DNA of 64,000 bases from Antedon mediterranea (GCF_964355755.1 NC_092673.1:26099648-26163647); one strand, 5' to 3'; positions 13,901 through 26,690 are shown, numbered from the stretch's first letter. Program-made: numbers and translations. Notes: generated by a model from the letters alone, not told the origin.

Positions 13901-15078
13901 CAATGGCTGGATATCAATGGAGATACAAATAAGATAAGCACTGACAAAATGACAATGCTGTGGGTATCAGTGGCTGGATCTCAATGGAGATACAAATAAA
14001 ATAAGCACTGAAAAAATGACAATGCTGTGGGTATCAGTGGCTGGATATCAATGGAGATACAAATAAGATAAGCACTGACAAAATGACAATGCTGTGGGTA
14101 TCAGTGGCTGGATCTCAATGGACATACAAATAAAATAATCACTGACAAAATGACAATGCTGTGGGTATCAATGGCTGGATCTCAATGGAGATACAAATAA
14201 AATATGCACTGACAAAATGACAATGCTGTGGGTATCAGTTGCTGGATCTCAATGGAGATACAAATAAAATAAGCACTGACAAAATGACAATGCTGTGGGT
14301 ATCAATGGCTGGATCTCAATGGAGATACAAATAAAATAAGCACTGACAAAATGACAATGCTGTGGGTATCAGTGGCTGGATCTCAATGGAGATACAAAAT
14401 AAAATAAGCACTGAAAAAATGACAATGCTGTGGGTATCAATGGCTGGATCTCAATGGAGATACAAATAAAATAAGCACTGACAAAATGACAATGCTGTGG
14501 GTATCAATAGCTGGATATCAATGGCGATACAAATAAGATAAGCACTGACAAAATGACAATGCTGTGGGTATCAGTGGCTGGATATCAATGGAGATACAAA
14601 TAAAATAAGCACTGAAAAAATGACAATGCTGTGGGTATCAATGGCTGGATATCAATGGAGATACAAATAAGATAAGCACTGACAAAATGACAATGCTGTG
14701 GGTATCAGTGGCTGGATATCAATGGAGATACAAATAAGATAAGCACTGACAAAATGACAATGCTGTGGGTATCAGTGGCTGGATATCAATGGAGATACAA
14801 ATAAAATAAGCACTGAAAAAATGACAATGCTGTGGGTATCAATGGCTGGATCTCAATAGAGATACAAATAAAATAAGCACTGAAAAAATGACAATGCTGT
14901 GGGTATCGGTGGCTGGATCTCAATGGAGTTACAAATAAAATAAGCACTGAAAAAATGACAATGCTGTGGGTATCGGTGGCTGGATCTCAATAAAGATATA
15001 GAATATAATAAGCTAAAAGCTAATAAGGATAAAGTAACAGCCATAAAAAATTGAAGAGCTTTCGGGCAACATTGGCCC
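10963..15078 (-). mobile_element. Penelope-like terminal-repeat copy (family A) expanded internally by a satellite
   Basis: Left flank AAATCCAAAGGCAAATTACTG and right flank AAGCTAA...GATAAAGTAACAGCCA...AGAGCTTTCGGGCAACATTGGCCCT match the two halves of the unexpanded copy at 49211-49365. Confidence 0.88.
10979..14995. repeat. 67/68-bp satellite, about 60 units
   Basis: Unit GCACTGAAAAAATGACAATGCTGTGGGTATCAGTGGCTGGATCTCAATGGAGATACAAATAAAATAA, with an internal hairpin ATCTC-AATG-GAGAT and a CACTGA/TCAGTG inverted pair. Confidence 0.98.
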
Positions 15079-15199
15079 TAGGATAAGTAGTTGAATTCTG
15101 CTGGCTATTTACTTTGGGGGAAGTGTAAGAATGATTTTAAATGTATAAAGCTAAAAAAACAAAAGCCTTGAAGAGCTGTGAAAACAAGTGAATAAGAGG

Positions 15200-15330
15200 G
15201 GGAAAGCTAAAGTTCATGCCAGCACCAGAACCAAAGTATGGGGATGCGAGAGTTAGGCTAACCAAGGTTTGAACTGTAGTTTAGCACCAGTTGAGTCTCC
15301 GGCTTTAGACTCAGGCGACTTCTACCCTAG
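15200..15330 (-). pseudogene. Highly degenerate C-terminus of a PLE GIY-YIG endonuclease (tentative)
   Basis: The minus strand gives frame-shifted pieces ETQLVLN..LG..(T)L.HP..GMN, resembling the E..LI..LGTL.P.GLN end of Penelope endonucleases, just upstream of the hammerhead remnant. Confidence 0.4.
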
Positions 15331-16399
15331 TAAAGCTACAGCAACAGACAGGCTTGACGACAACCATTGACTTAACAAACAAAAATAATGTGTTCTGTAA
15401 TTGAGTTAAATCTTTATTGAATTTTAAATAACATTACCAGACGATATTAACAATTGTTAAGCGACAAACTGATACATTCCTTGATGAACAAACATTTCAA
15501 TATTGCCACTTGAGAGACCTAATGTATATATGTTGTATCAACATTAAGATAATGAGTTTATTCTGTGACATTTTACACTAACGACCTGTGTTTAGTCGGA
15601 TCATGATAAGTAATGACAGCAACCAATCACTTTGCAACTTTAAATTGAAAATATGAAGTTATCAGCTCTATCCTTAATTGGTTTGTTTTATAAAAAAAAA
15701 GCGTGATGAAAAAAACAACTTCATTATGTCTATAATACATAAATGTAAATTATAATTATAATAAATTTAAAAGAAGTCAGAGAGGCTTTAAAGTCAACTT
15801 TCCAAAAACCTGACTACCTGCTAACTTGAAACTTTCCCAAAATTTGAAAATCTTCCTTCTGTAAAGTATGTATGTAAAATGCATCCAAAAAATAATTTCT
15901 GAGAAATCTGCTTCATATCCTGTTGAAGAAAAAATAGAGGCTGATGCAATCACAATACTATACCACTAAAAGCTTTAATCAATTTACAGATATCTTGAAA
16001 TGTTATCGGCAACAAATAGTCCTAATTAAATCGAAGACGATGACAACAGAATTTATGTGTGGACAGTTTTTGGAACATTAGCGTAAAAGCATATGTAAAC
16101 AGAAAGCTCTCAAATGGTAGATGGAAACGGTGACAAGTACGACACATAGATATACATTTGGATGTTTACTGTCTAACAAACTTAAATGCAACAAAAGTAG
16201 CAATAATATGTGAAAATATCAATCAATCAATATAACATAGATTCACTTTCTTTTTCTAAGTACAAAATAATAATATAATATGCTAAAGAGAAAACAAAAT
16301 TATATATAGATATTTTAACTTTGAAATAATAAAAGGGAGAAGGCAGGATCCTAACAAGACACTGGATTTTGAGTCATAGATTGTCTGAGACCAGGGGAT

Positions 16400-16666
16400 C
16401 AACGTACAGAGAGATTGTACAGTGGATAAAACATTACCAAAATCATAGATATTGTGGAAGAAATTAAAGCAAAATAGAAATGGAAAGGTCATAGCAAGGA
16501 AGGATAAGAAAGATGGACCAATGAATGACAGAATGGCAAGAGAGAAAGAAACAACATATGCAGGAACTACCTTGGCAAGGACAGCAAAGAACAGAAACGA
16601 TTGGCTAAGGCATGACAAGGGCTGTCTTTGAAAAGAGGACAAGAAAGTCATAAATGAATGAATGAC
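16400..16666 (+). mobile_element. Degenerate RTE-clade LINE 3' end
   Basis: Broken frames give IVEEIK..KWKGH..RWT..TEWQ..AGTTLARTAKNRNDW. Ends in (ATGA)n. Confidence 0.65.
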
Positions 16667-18179
16667 CAACATTCTATCAACGAGGCAGCAAAATATAAAT
16701 TAACGATCCTAGAAAAAAAATGATTTATTTTGTTTACATAAGTGGAATTTATTTTTACTACAGGCAAATATAAATCGAAATACATAATAATTTCATTTCA
16801 TTGCCTTTTGTACAGCCTTCATTAAGTATATTAAAAGGTTTGCAATAAATCACAGCATTTTAGACAACACACTATTGCTTTACAGCAGTCAACTCTGGTT
16901 ATACGTCAAGAAATCTAGTAGCAATGTTCTCTCATTTAAACATAATCTATGATTTGCTACAATCGGATTACTCAGAAATCTTAGAATGAATTCTAGATAA
17001 TTCTATTAGCTGATACGATTTAATATCATAATAAGGCCTTGACTATTTGTCCAATTGCCATTCTCCAAAGCCTTTTTTTTTTTCAATATAAATAAAGCTT
17101 CGCCAAAATATATAATGAAATAAAATCCACTAATAGAAGAGCTTGGTTTACCAAATTTGAAATAGGTAATATTCAAAATTTCTTTACCATTATAATATTT
17201 TTCCATTGAAAACTAAATTATATACAGACGAATGCAAATCGTTGTCGTTTTCACGGGTAAATCACAGGACCAAGTGTTGCAAGGACCGTAGCTGCGAATG
17301 TAGCACCTAGGTGAACACATTTTGTAAAAACATATGGAAATAATCTTAAATCAACCGTAACCATTCACATGCCAGTTGTCTCATACCTATGAACAAATCT
17401 ATAATTTCAATTCATATCGGATTTAAACTTGATGTTTGAAATATTCTAGAAAGTGATAAGAATAATTGGAATGAACACTTATGCAAACACCTTAAAGATC
17501 CTCACACATTATTTTATATATTGAACTTTCATAAAACTATGCACAAATAAAATCATAAAACTGTCAACATGTATTAGCTATGTTTTCAATAAACAAGAAA
17601 TGCAGCAGAAAAGATAATTTGTAACAGTAGCGCAAACAACCAGTGGCATAATGGCTGAGCACTCACTGACTGCAAACAAATATTCGGTTCACATCACAAG
17701 GATGTCATAGGATTATTAGGCAACTAATATTGTAGCAAATGAACAAAGAAACCCTATAATAAATAGGTGTCATTATGGCAATTAATGAATATTCATAGGT
17801 TGTTCTCTAGGTTTGTCATGATATAAACCTTTCGTTTTTCTACAGGGATGAATATATATAGCATATAAGACCACTAAGAAACATTAAACAAGAAGCTAAA
17901 AGATGTTTCTCCTGATTATCTTTAATTATTTCTTGTAAACCAAGGAAGTAACAGGTCGATAACAGGACTAGAATATCTAAAACCCAATTTGTAGCAATTT
18001 AGAGGTCTGTATAATGCATGCTTGACAGTCATTGCCCTAAAAAAACAGGTAAAAACATGGTTTATAACTATAGGTTATAAACATGTATAGTATCTTGGCC
18101 AAGATAGCATAAAATGTGGAACATTCCCATGCTAAACATTGGCTTGTACTCGAGTGATTTTCAACACCCATGAAAGAAG

Positions 18180-18291
18180 GTCTAAATAAATGTGATGTTC
18201 CCATACATGAACATAATGATGTGATATCACTACCATATTTGGGCATATCACACTATTTTTCTCAAACTAATTTGATAGTGTAGACAGAGCT
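18180..18291. mobile_element. Harbinger/Tourist-like MITE, partial
   Basis: AATGTGATG..CCCATA..ATCACTACCATATTTGGGCA..TTTGATAGTGTAGACAGAGCT; same family as 41375. Confidence 0.85.
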
Positions 18292-18660
18292 ATAAAAGGA
18301 CATTTGAAAGGTAAATAACTACCGTAGTTCAATACTCAAATACTGTCAAAAACTGGATATGAAGACGATAAGATGAATCAACATGATATGTCAACATAAT
18401 GTCCTAGTTTTATTATTGATTAAGTTTAATCAAGTGAATCCAGATGTGTTTATTTTCATCAACCAAATTCATCAGTTTATCAGATTCGACTTTAACCAAA
18501 AAAAATCCACAACAATACACTTTTTTAAAGATGCTGATGATCCATGAAAGTCCAGTAGAGCATTCAAGTCTACTCCAAAACATCTGAAAGTTATTATAAA
18601 CATACTTAAAATTATATGAAGTAGTTTGTAGTATTCTTATCCAAATGGCATAACAATAAG

Positions 18661-18736
18661 TGAGTGGCCAAGCGGTTAAGACATTGGAACCTCAATGCCT
18701 AGCCATAACATCGGTAAAGGTTCGACCCTCATTCAC
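18661..18736 (+). mobile_element. tRNA-SINE head, truncated (same family as 59074)
   Basis: TGAGTGGCCAAGCGGTTAAGAC (A box) and GGTTCGACCC (B box); aligns with 59074-59150. Confidence 0.8.
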
Positions 18737-20199
18737 ACACAGACAGTTATTATAACTCATCATGAGGGCCCTTGATTGTCAGCATACACTCAAGGTCAAC
18801 TCTATAACAAGGGGTGGAACTAAAAAAAAAATTTTATAAAGTGTTTATTGGAAGATAAAATCAAAATTTAAGAAATCCTCAAGACACAAGAAAATCATTC
18901 ACTTGTCTTAGTTTTTAAATTCAATCAGGAGAAGCGGATGCAGGATTTTTAAAAGAGTGAGTGGGAGGGAACACCTAAAAATGTGGGATGGGGAGGGGAA
19001 AGAAGAAGCTGCTTATTCAAAGCCAGAATGTAGTAAAAATGATTATGATTCTTGAGAAAAGAATATAAAACGATACTACATTTTAGGCGACATACCCACT
19101 CATGGTAGTGCATAATACATAAACATATTACAAAGATAATATTACAATTTTTCTCAATTTCAATTAACCCACTATTACATTTTACGATACTAACCAGCCA
19201 ACAAATATTACAAAATTACACCTTTATAAAATATCATTGAGGGAGAGAGATATTTATGGTTTACAATAAATCCTAATTACAAGGTAGAAAAGATTACTTA
19301 TATTATGTCTTCTGTTTTAGTTCTATAAATAAAATCAACTTCAAGATCGTTATGTTTTTATTTCATATATTTTTTAAATCATCATTCCTAACACACTTAA
19401 TATTGAAAACACATTATGCAAATTTACAATGTTTATGAAATTGAGAAGCATCCACTTACTCGTAATCTTAGTAATTAAGTATATACAATTCATATAATTG
19501 TTTACGTACTAAAACCGAAAGTAAAGATTACATGATGCGAAAGCTGCTTGGCGGTTGTCATCTATACTAAGTCCCCAATCAACATGAGTAATCAACACAA
19601 GAAGATCGCTAAGCAAATTGCAACTCACCAAAACCTTGTTCAAATCCCAAACGCATTCTGAAACATTTTGGAGAAACTCAACGGATACAAGTAATGTTTT
19701 TGGCACAGAACGACATTATTCAGATATTTTACGAGGGTAAATTAATGAAATGTATCTTCAATGTAACAAACCGACCTCTGAGTGATAAAAAAATCGATGA
19801 AGTGACTACAGTAACACAGAGCAATTAGAGATGTTATTAAGCACTTAATTATTATAAAATAGGCCATAATATAGTGATTTAAATTCTGGAGAATGGAAGC
19901 TGGCAGAAAAAAAAATCATTTCTCACTATAAATATAAAATCCATATCCTCTTGTCTAAATACACAAAATAATTTGTGGATATTTTTTTCACAATTTAAAT
20001 AGATTTTGTTTATGGAATACCTGTTGAATTTCCAGGCTTTTTGGAAATGGAAATTACAATTAATTTAAACTCCTTTGCTGATTACAGAAAATACTTAGAA
20101 GTGGTAGAATTTAGTATAAAATAGAATTTGCAAATAAAATATCGAGTTAAAAACATCTTAAATATGCACAATTTAGCCAAATGAAATTTAAACGAGAAT

Positions 20200-20745
20200 A
20201 AGAAATCGACGAACTGGTACCAAGTAAAATTGATAAAATAATGTATAAAAGAAACCAATAAACAGAGCTACAAAATGAAGAAGATTCGGAGACATAAATG
20301 TGGAAAAGGAAAGAAAGAGAATTATGATGGCTATGGGCAGATGATGAAAAGAGCTGGAGAGCAAGAAGAATATCAATTTCTTTAATCTGAATAGTTAAGG
20401 TGTTCTTCACCAAGTAAGGTCTTTGGAGGTCAAAACTGCTCAAAAGAATGATGTACACATATGTTTATGTTTATATAAAGTAGTTTGTTACAAAAGTGCC
20501 ATCAAATGCCCTGTAAGAAGCTTGTTTTCATGAATTTATCAGTGAATAAACTGACAGACAGATAGAGATCAATGGATATAAGATCTTCCAAATACATTGG
20601 AGAAGGGTTATGGAGACATTTGAAGATACTATGTAGTTGATGGGATGTCACATGACTTTGGAGCTTTCAAAAATGATTTTTGCAGCTTTAGAGAAGAGCG
20701 GCAGATGAATGTCACTTGAGACTTGTCAAGGCAGAACTTTGATAA
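20200..20745 (+). mobile_element. Very degenerate LINE (probably RTE) 3' fragment
   Basis: Purine-rich, coding-like remnants with a ...GACTTGTCAAGGCAGAAC end. No intact frame. Confidence 0.4.
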
Positions 20746-21149
20746 ACGTATCTGCAAATTATATTTGTGACTGTATAGCATTATTTTAATTCAAGTAAAC
20801 ATAAATTTTGTAACGTATGATACATTACAATTTAAAACACAATTAATTTGTAGTGAACAGCAGTGTCAGCTGGTCAAACCACTAATTCACTTGTTATATA
20901 TACTTATCTATCAGTTAGAAACAGTTAAGATTTTACTAATTACGAAATTTAATTATAACCAACTAGACTGAATTGCTACTCGAGAGAAAAGAATCAATAT
21001 TTATGCAAGTACAAAGTAAATTGGACGAAATTTGAAAACATAGTTACAGAAGATGATAACAGTAAAGAAATTGATTGCAAAATAATAGATTATTTTGTAT
21101 AAATATAACATAATTTTCTTAAGCTGTTCAAACTATCTTTTAGCTTAAA

Positions 21150-21276
21150 AAAAATGTGTGATGTGTCCAAATATGGTAGTGATATGCTTAAATATGGTAG
21201 TAATATGACATCATCATGTCCATATATGGGCACATCACGTTTTTGTCACATAAAGTTTGATAGTGTAGACAGAGCT
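21150..21276. mobile_element. Harbinger/Tourist-like MITE, partial, reverse orientation
   Basis: CCAAATATGGTAGTGATATG repeats, TIR TTTGATAGTGTAGACAGAGCT followed by TTA. Confidence 0.85.
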
Positions 21277-21656
21277 TTAAATCTAGTTATCTCATTAGAA
21301 TGTTACAGTTCTTTTATAAACTGTCTTCGGGCTATTCATTATCTAGCCAACTATCTTATGGAAACTAGCAGGTGGCATAAAAAGACCATAACAACAAGCT
21401 ATGAAATAAAATGAGCGACAATAATCAAAGTGAAAATTAATATTGTTAAAACTTGTTTACTGAAATTGCTTCTATAATATACATAAAATAGATGTTTATT
21501 AATTGATTAAATGTTTTAATTCATGAGTTTAGTGAGTTGATATTAATAATAATAAGCCACATATTAAAATACTACTATAGTTTTCCCCAAAATTTTATCA
21601 GCAAAATACAGAAAAACAAAAACACAAAATTCTCAAAAATCTGACGAGCAGACTGA

Positions 21657-21815
21657 TAATAATAATAATAATAAACAGTATTCATATAGCGTCTAATGGA
21701 TCACTGACCCCTCTAGGTGCTTTACATAGGACCTTAACTAATGGTAATAAACTATCCCCCGCCGGACACCATTCCGGTATTTCTTAGTCGAGGTTTCGGG
21801 GATGGAGACAATCAA
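21657..21815 (-). mobile_element. SINE/LINE 3' tail of L2 type
   Basis: (AAT)n followed by ATATAGCG...GCTTTACA, the reverse complement of an L2-type 3' stem-loop tail. Confidence 0.5.
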
Positions 21816-23191
21816 TAATGTGAAAAAAAAAAAAAAAAAAAAAAAATTTAACTAAGCTTAACTATGCTTAACTGATGAATAGAACCATTGAATATCACTT
21901 TACTGTTGATTATAATGAAATTACAAATTACCACATTACAAAATCGACCAATCAAATTGCACAAATATATTTAGGTGCGCTATTAAATTAATATACTGTG
22001 TGTATAAAGTATATAATCTCCATACATTATTTAATTCATTGTCAAATTCCAAATTTTAAAAGAATGCTGATATTAAAGAGTTTATTGCAAATAAAGTACT
22101 TAAGTTTATTATTCTTTACTAGCTATTGTTTATATAATTAATTTGAATATACAGTACATTAAATTATATTGGAATCAAATATAAATTACCATATTATAAC
22201 ACAGCAATAGAATATTAATAATATTTGGTACTACTGTATTTGCATACACGAAAATATTAAAATACACGGTATTCAGATTGTGTGTGATTTTCAAGATAAT
22301 AGTGCAAGCCTGAGGAGTTCGAGACAGGTATAATAAATTGCACAATATTTGTATAACGATGCACAATGGTACTGTACAGTACATATATTTATACTCAGAT
22401 TTCAATTCACTGTTTTCCCATCTGGATGTGCGGGTGTATTTTCATAACAGTAAATTGTATAATACATTAAAATTCTAACTTACAAATATATCAAAATGCT
22501 TATAAATATATATAAATATTTGTATCAAACAATAAAATGCTATTAAATCAAAATACACAAAATGATGTTTTATGATTTGACTTGACAAGATTGATTAATT
22601 CAATACAAAACGCAATTAATTGTGTACTTGAATATACAACAAACAAGTGACAAAGGGTCTTCAATAGAAAAGAAAATGGATTCTTGTCATGTAATATTAA
22701 CCAACAATACCTTCCCCCAGGCCCCCACTGAAAAACATTAATCTAACAATATTATTTGAAAGCATTGCATGTTAAAAAAACACATTTTGAAAATATTTCT
22801 AAGTGCAAATATATTTAAATGCATTATAAAACATTCAAATTTTAAAATATGTTGCAATTAAGTCCACATTATTAAAGAATGTCAAGTGTGAGTGAATGCA
22901 GGTATTCTGTATTTAACATTACATATGTTAAATGTAGAGTAGAAAAGGAAGCCATTATCAACAATATTTTAAACAATCATTTCAATGCAGATGTTCGGAG
23001 ATGTTCCGTCTGGTTTTTGATCAAATTGAAATTTATTATAGCCTTAAAACTAAAATTCATTATCAATTATAGTAGATTTATTTAAATTACAAAATAATGT
23101 TCTAGAAAAAATATCTTGTACTAGTACAGATATTTTGTATTCTATATTCATAGTAGATTTTTAATAAAACCTTTCCTTTACTTAGTAAATC

Positions 23192-23498
23192 CCTATTTAG
23201 GGGTCACACCTTTTCAGGGGTCACACCTTTTCAGGGGTCACACCTTTTCAGGGGTCACACCTATTCAGGGGTCACACCTATTCAGGGGTCACACCTATTC
23301 AGGGGTCATAACTATTCAGGGGTCATAACTATTCAGGGGTCATAACTATTCAGGGGTCATACCTATTCAGGGGTCATACCTATTCAGGGGTCACACCTAT
23401 TCAGGGGTCACATCTTTTCAGGGGTCACATCTTTTCAGGGGTCACACCTATTCAGGGGTCATAACTATTCAGGGGTCATACCTATTCAGGGGTCATAC
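23192..23498. repeat. 17-bp minisatellite, about 18 units, inside a probable Tc1/mariner-type MITE (~23180-23547)
   Basis: Unit AGGGGTCACACCTATTC with CCTTT and AACTAT variants. The flanks AGTAAATCCCTATT and ATAGGTGTTCTATTG|TA form a degenerate inverted pair. Confidence 0.9.
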
Positions 23499-24047
23499 TG
23501 AAAAGGGGTAAACTTTGTTAGGATGTACCATTATAGGTGTTCTATTGTATTTAAATACAAAAGGTAAAATCATGTTATAGCAAAATCTAGATGGTTTTTG
23601 CCTTACAATTATTATTCAGTATAACATCATGTTGTTATATACATTACATAGTTCCTCTCTTTAAACCAATCTTTAATTGACTATTATTAAGTCTAGTAGT
23701 ATAATTTCTAATTCATTCGGTCTCTTTTGTAAGTATTTCGTAATTGTACCAGTTAATTCATACACTGGAGACAGCAAAGCGAGACAAATTGCTCCTATTT
23801 AACCAATCTTGAATTTACTTTATGTTTCAAATACAATTTCTAATTTATTTTATTATAGTTTTTTGTTCACGTCTAGTATAATCTATAATGTAGACGACGC
23901 AAAACAAATGGTTTTCTTGAATTTACTATACTGTAAAATTGTTTCAGGCATTTTTTTCAATTTATTTCAAATTACAGTACAGTTTATAAATCCCTTTTCT
24001 TTTTACTCATTTTTATAACATGTATATGCATGTTCTTAATATTAGTA

Positions 24048-24282
24048 AAAGGTAAAGGTGAGTCCCGTGTTCTCTGAACGTAGGGGAATGAGCTGTTAGG
24101 AGCTCATTGTACTAAGCCTCGGCATTATGTGGTAGGGTGGCCAGTTCCTTTCCACGCCGCCTTTTTTCTCCCTAGTATTTTCAACCAGGTACTCATTTAC
24201 AGCTGAGTGGACTGGGAGTTGTCGGGAATTGAACCCGGGTCTATCTGTATGACAGTCAAGTGTCCTAACCACTCGGCTATCA
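24048..24282 (-). mobile_element. tRNA-derived SINE with V/CORE-type central domain
   Basis: Minus strand reads TAGCCGAGTGGTTAGG (A box), GGTTCAATTCC (B box), CCAGTCCACTCAGCTGTAAATGAGTACCTGG and AAAGGCGGCGTGGAAAGGAACTGGCCACCC, with an (ACCTTT)n tail. TATTAGTA lies on both sides. Confidence 0.85.
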
Positions 24283-24456
24283 ACAACTCCTATTATTAGT
24301 ATATTAGTATATTAGTAATTAGTATATATTGTTTATAACAGAGATGATTTTACAATACAAATGCCTTTGTGTGTTTATAGCCATCTTGAATTTACAGTAT
24401 AATGTTTCTAAGTTGAACATAATTTGTTTTTGGGAGATTTTTTTTCAATTTATAAT

Positions 24457-24720
24457 TAATAATAATACTCGTATATAGCACTTCTAAGCGCTTCACATTA
24501 TTACTCCGGTCATTTTTTAGAATCAAACAGGTATTTGAAACATACTGCCATAATGAAGCTAGTAATCAGCGCAAAGTTGTGTCTTGATCTAACCGGTACC
24601 CATTTTATACACATGGGTGGAGAGAGGCAAACGTAAGTAAAGCGTTTTGTCTAAAGTTACAAGAAATGCGGCGAGAGTTGGATCAGTAATCAACGTCCAA
24701 CACACACTGCGCAACATGCC
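24457..24720 (-). mobile_element. Degenerate CORE-type SINE with L2-like tail
   Basis: Minus strand reads CTCTCTCCACCCATGTGTATAAAATGGGTACCGG and ends AAGCGCTTAGAAGTGCTATATACGAGTATTATTATT. Confidence 0.7.
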
Positions 24721-25807
24721 CATATCTCAATTTCTGGATCATTAGTGACTGGGCAGTTTCTCTTTTTCTTAATATTAGTAATTAGTATATTTTTTCTATG
24801 ATAGAGATGATCTGCAAGACAAATGGTTTCCCTCGTTCTTTCCATCTTGAATTTACTGTATGTTTTCTATGTTGAACATAATTAAGCTTAATTCAGTTTA
24901 AGGTCTCATTAGACTCTCAATCTTATTACAATGCACGTCATTATACAGAATCATTAATTACCTTTCACATATTGTCTCTCCTTAAATATAAAAATGACAA
25001 AATAAGTGTATTTTGGATTGATTGTAATACATTATATTTACTGTGCACCAATAGCCAGTAAATTTAGATAATCAGAACTGTATCTACCCTACCATGGTTA
25101 GCACACAGTGAGACAACTCCCTTCCCTTTCTTAATAGTCTACTATGTCTATTTTTTACACATGCTTTTTGTGACCAACAGCTTAACATCCCATCTAGAGG
25201 TGTTTCCCATGTAAAAGGAACATAGTTTCTAAACTCATTCTGCTTTGATTTTAGTATATTTTTTCAATTGACTGAACAGCTCTATAGTTGCCTATTTTTC
25301 TTAGAAAAAAAATAAAATAAGAACGCTGTTGGATAAGTATTGATGGTACGGTTGAAGTGGATAGCAACAGATAGTAACACCCTCTGCGTGGTACGGTGGA
25401 ACAACACTAGTTTTTTACAGTATGTATGTACAACAGAGACCAAAAATATGCATCTCCCTTTCCTACGTGAATTCAAATAGCTGTATACACTAATATGTAT
25501 ATAGAAAGTCTATCAAACTGAATTTTTAATAGCAAATTTTATAATTGATTTATTGTTTGCATTTAACATTGATTCTTCCCTCATGACATATGGCAATTCA
25601 AATAGAATATTAGACATTTCAATATATAGTTTCACAATATTCTGGAAAACAATGTTTTTAACAAAATAATATATTTTTCAAATGATGATGATGAAAAACA
25701 ATAAGGTTTTATTATTATCAATATTTATTAATTAATTTAATTTTCTAAGCCACAATACAACAAAGTATTAAAGCAAAAATTATGTTCATTTGTTTTCAGT
25801 TATTTTT

Positions 25808-25950
25808 AAAGCTCTGCAATTTATTTCTGGCTGTTTTACTTTATCGTTTTGATGTAGCTTTTTTTGTTACTGTATTAATTTGGATCTCCATTGAGATCCA
25901 CCCACTGATCCCTGCAGTCATTTTTTCATTAATTTTCCTTTGAATGTATA
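25808..25950 (+). mobile_element. PLE family A terminal-repeat fragment
   Basis: AAAGCTCTGC..TTTCTGGCTGTTTTACTT..ATCTCCATTGAGATCCACCCACTGAT..CCTTTGAATGTATA aligns with 63778-63960. Confidence 0.85.
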
Positions 25951-26474
25951 TAACTATATAATATACACACACATGTGTGCAAAACCCAGTTTTTAGACTA
26001 CTTTTAAAAAGAACAAAATCGAGTTAAAGGTCAATCTAGTTCACAAAGCATGCCATTATTGCTTTATAATATAGCCAATACTTACCAACTCTCATCATGT
26101 TTCTATGCAAATACAGTTGTACAGTTAAAAATAAATAATTTTACATACCTTTGTAATTGTATCAGGAAAAGATGAAGACAAATATGAAAGAAAAAAATAA
26201 AAATGAAAATCAGTCAATTACGGTCACTATAAATAAATTTCAGTTTACGAGCATCCTTCTCTCATTTCTTGTCAAATGAGGATTGTGGGAGCTAGTAAAA
26301 TGTATGCCGACATTTGCAAGTGATAACATGGTTTGCAGGACTTGTCATCCATGTGAAAAGTGGTAGATCAAATCAAATCAAATGGGCAGGTTTCAATATT
26401 TTACAATCATTTTGTAAATCAGTAAAAAAAAAGTGATTGTTGTATAAAGTACATAAAGATTTCCACATACTGTA

Positions 26475-26690
26475 ATGTGAGTTTTGAATAGTGACTTAAA
26501 GGTGCTCAATAATGATGTTTGTTTAAATGTTCAAAGGTAGGTGGTTCCAGAGCCTAGATCCACCAATACTGAAAGTCAGATCTCCCTAACTATGTTTGCT
26601 CCTCGGAATGTTCAGTAGCACCTGATGCCTAGATCTTAGTACTCACTATCCTTGATTGTCAATAATTATGAGAGGTACTTGGGAGCGCAA
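26475..26690 (-). mobile_element. CR1/L2 LINE ORF2 C-terminal fragment
   Basis: Translates GDLTFSIGGSRLWNHLPLNI...LSTFKSLFKTH, matching the GDRAFS..GPRLWN.LP...FK..LKTH pattern. Confidence 0.8.

Noticed and set aside
10979-14995. CRISPR-like regular array
   Set aside because: Monomers are contiguous with no unique spacers, there are no cas genes, and the context is eukaryotic.
11812-15044. Repeated 60-aa ORFs (MSVLILFVSP...)
   Set aside because: These are translations of satellite monomers.
18532-18556. CTGATGA..GAAAGTC hammerhead-like string
   Set aside because: No stem II and stem I does not pair; likely a chance match.
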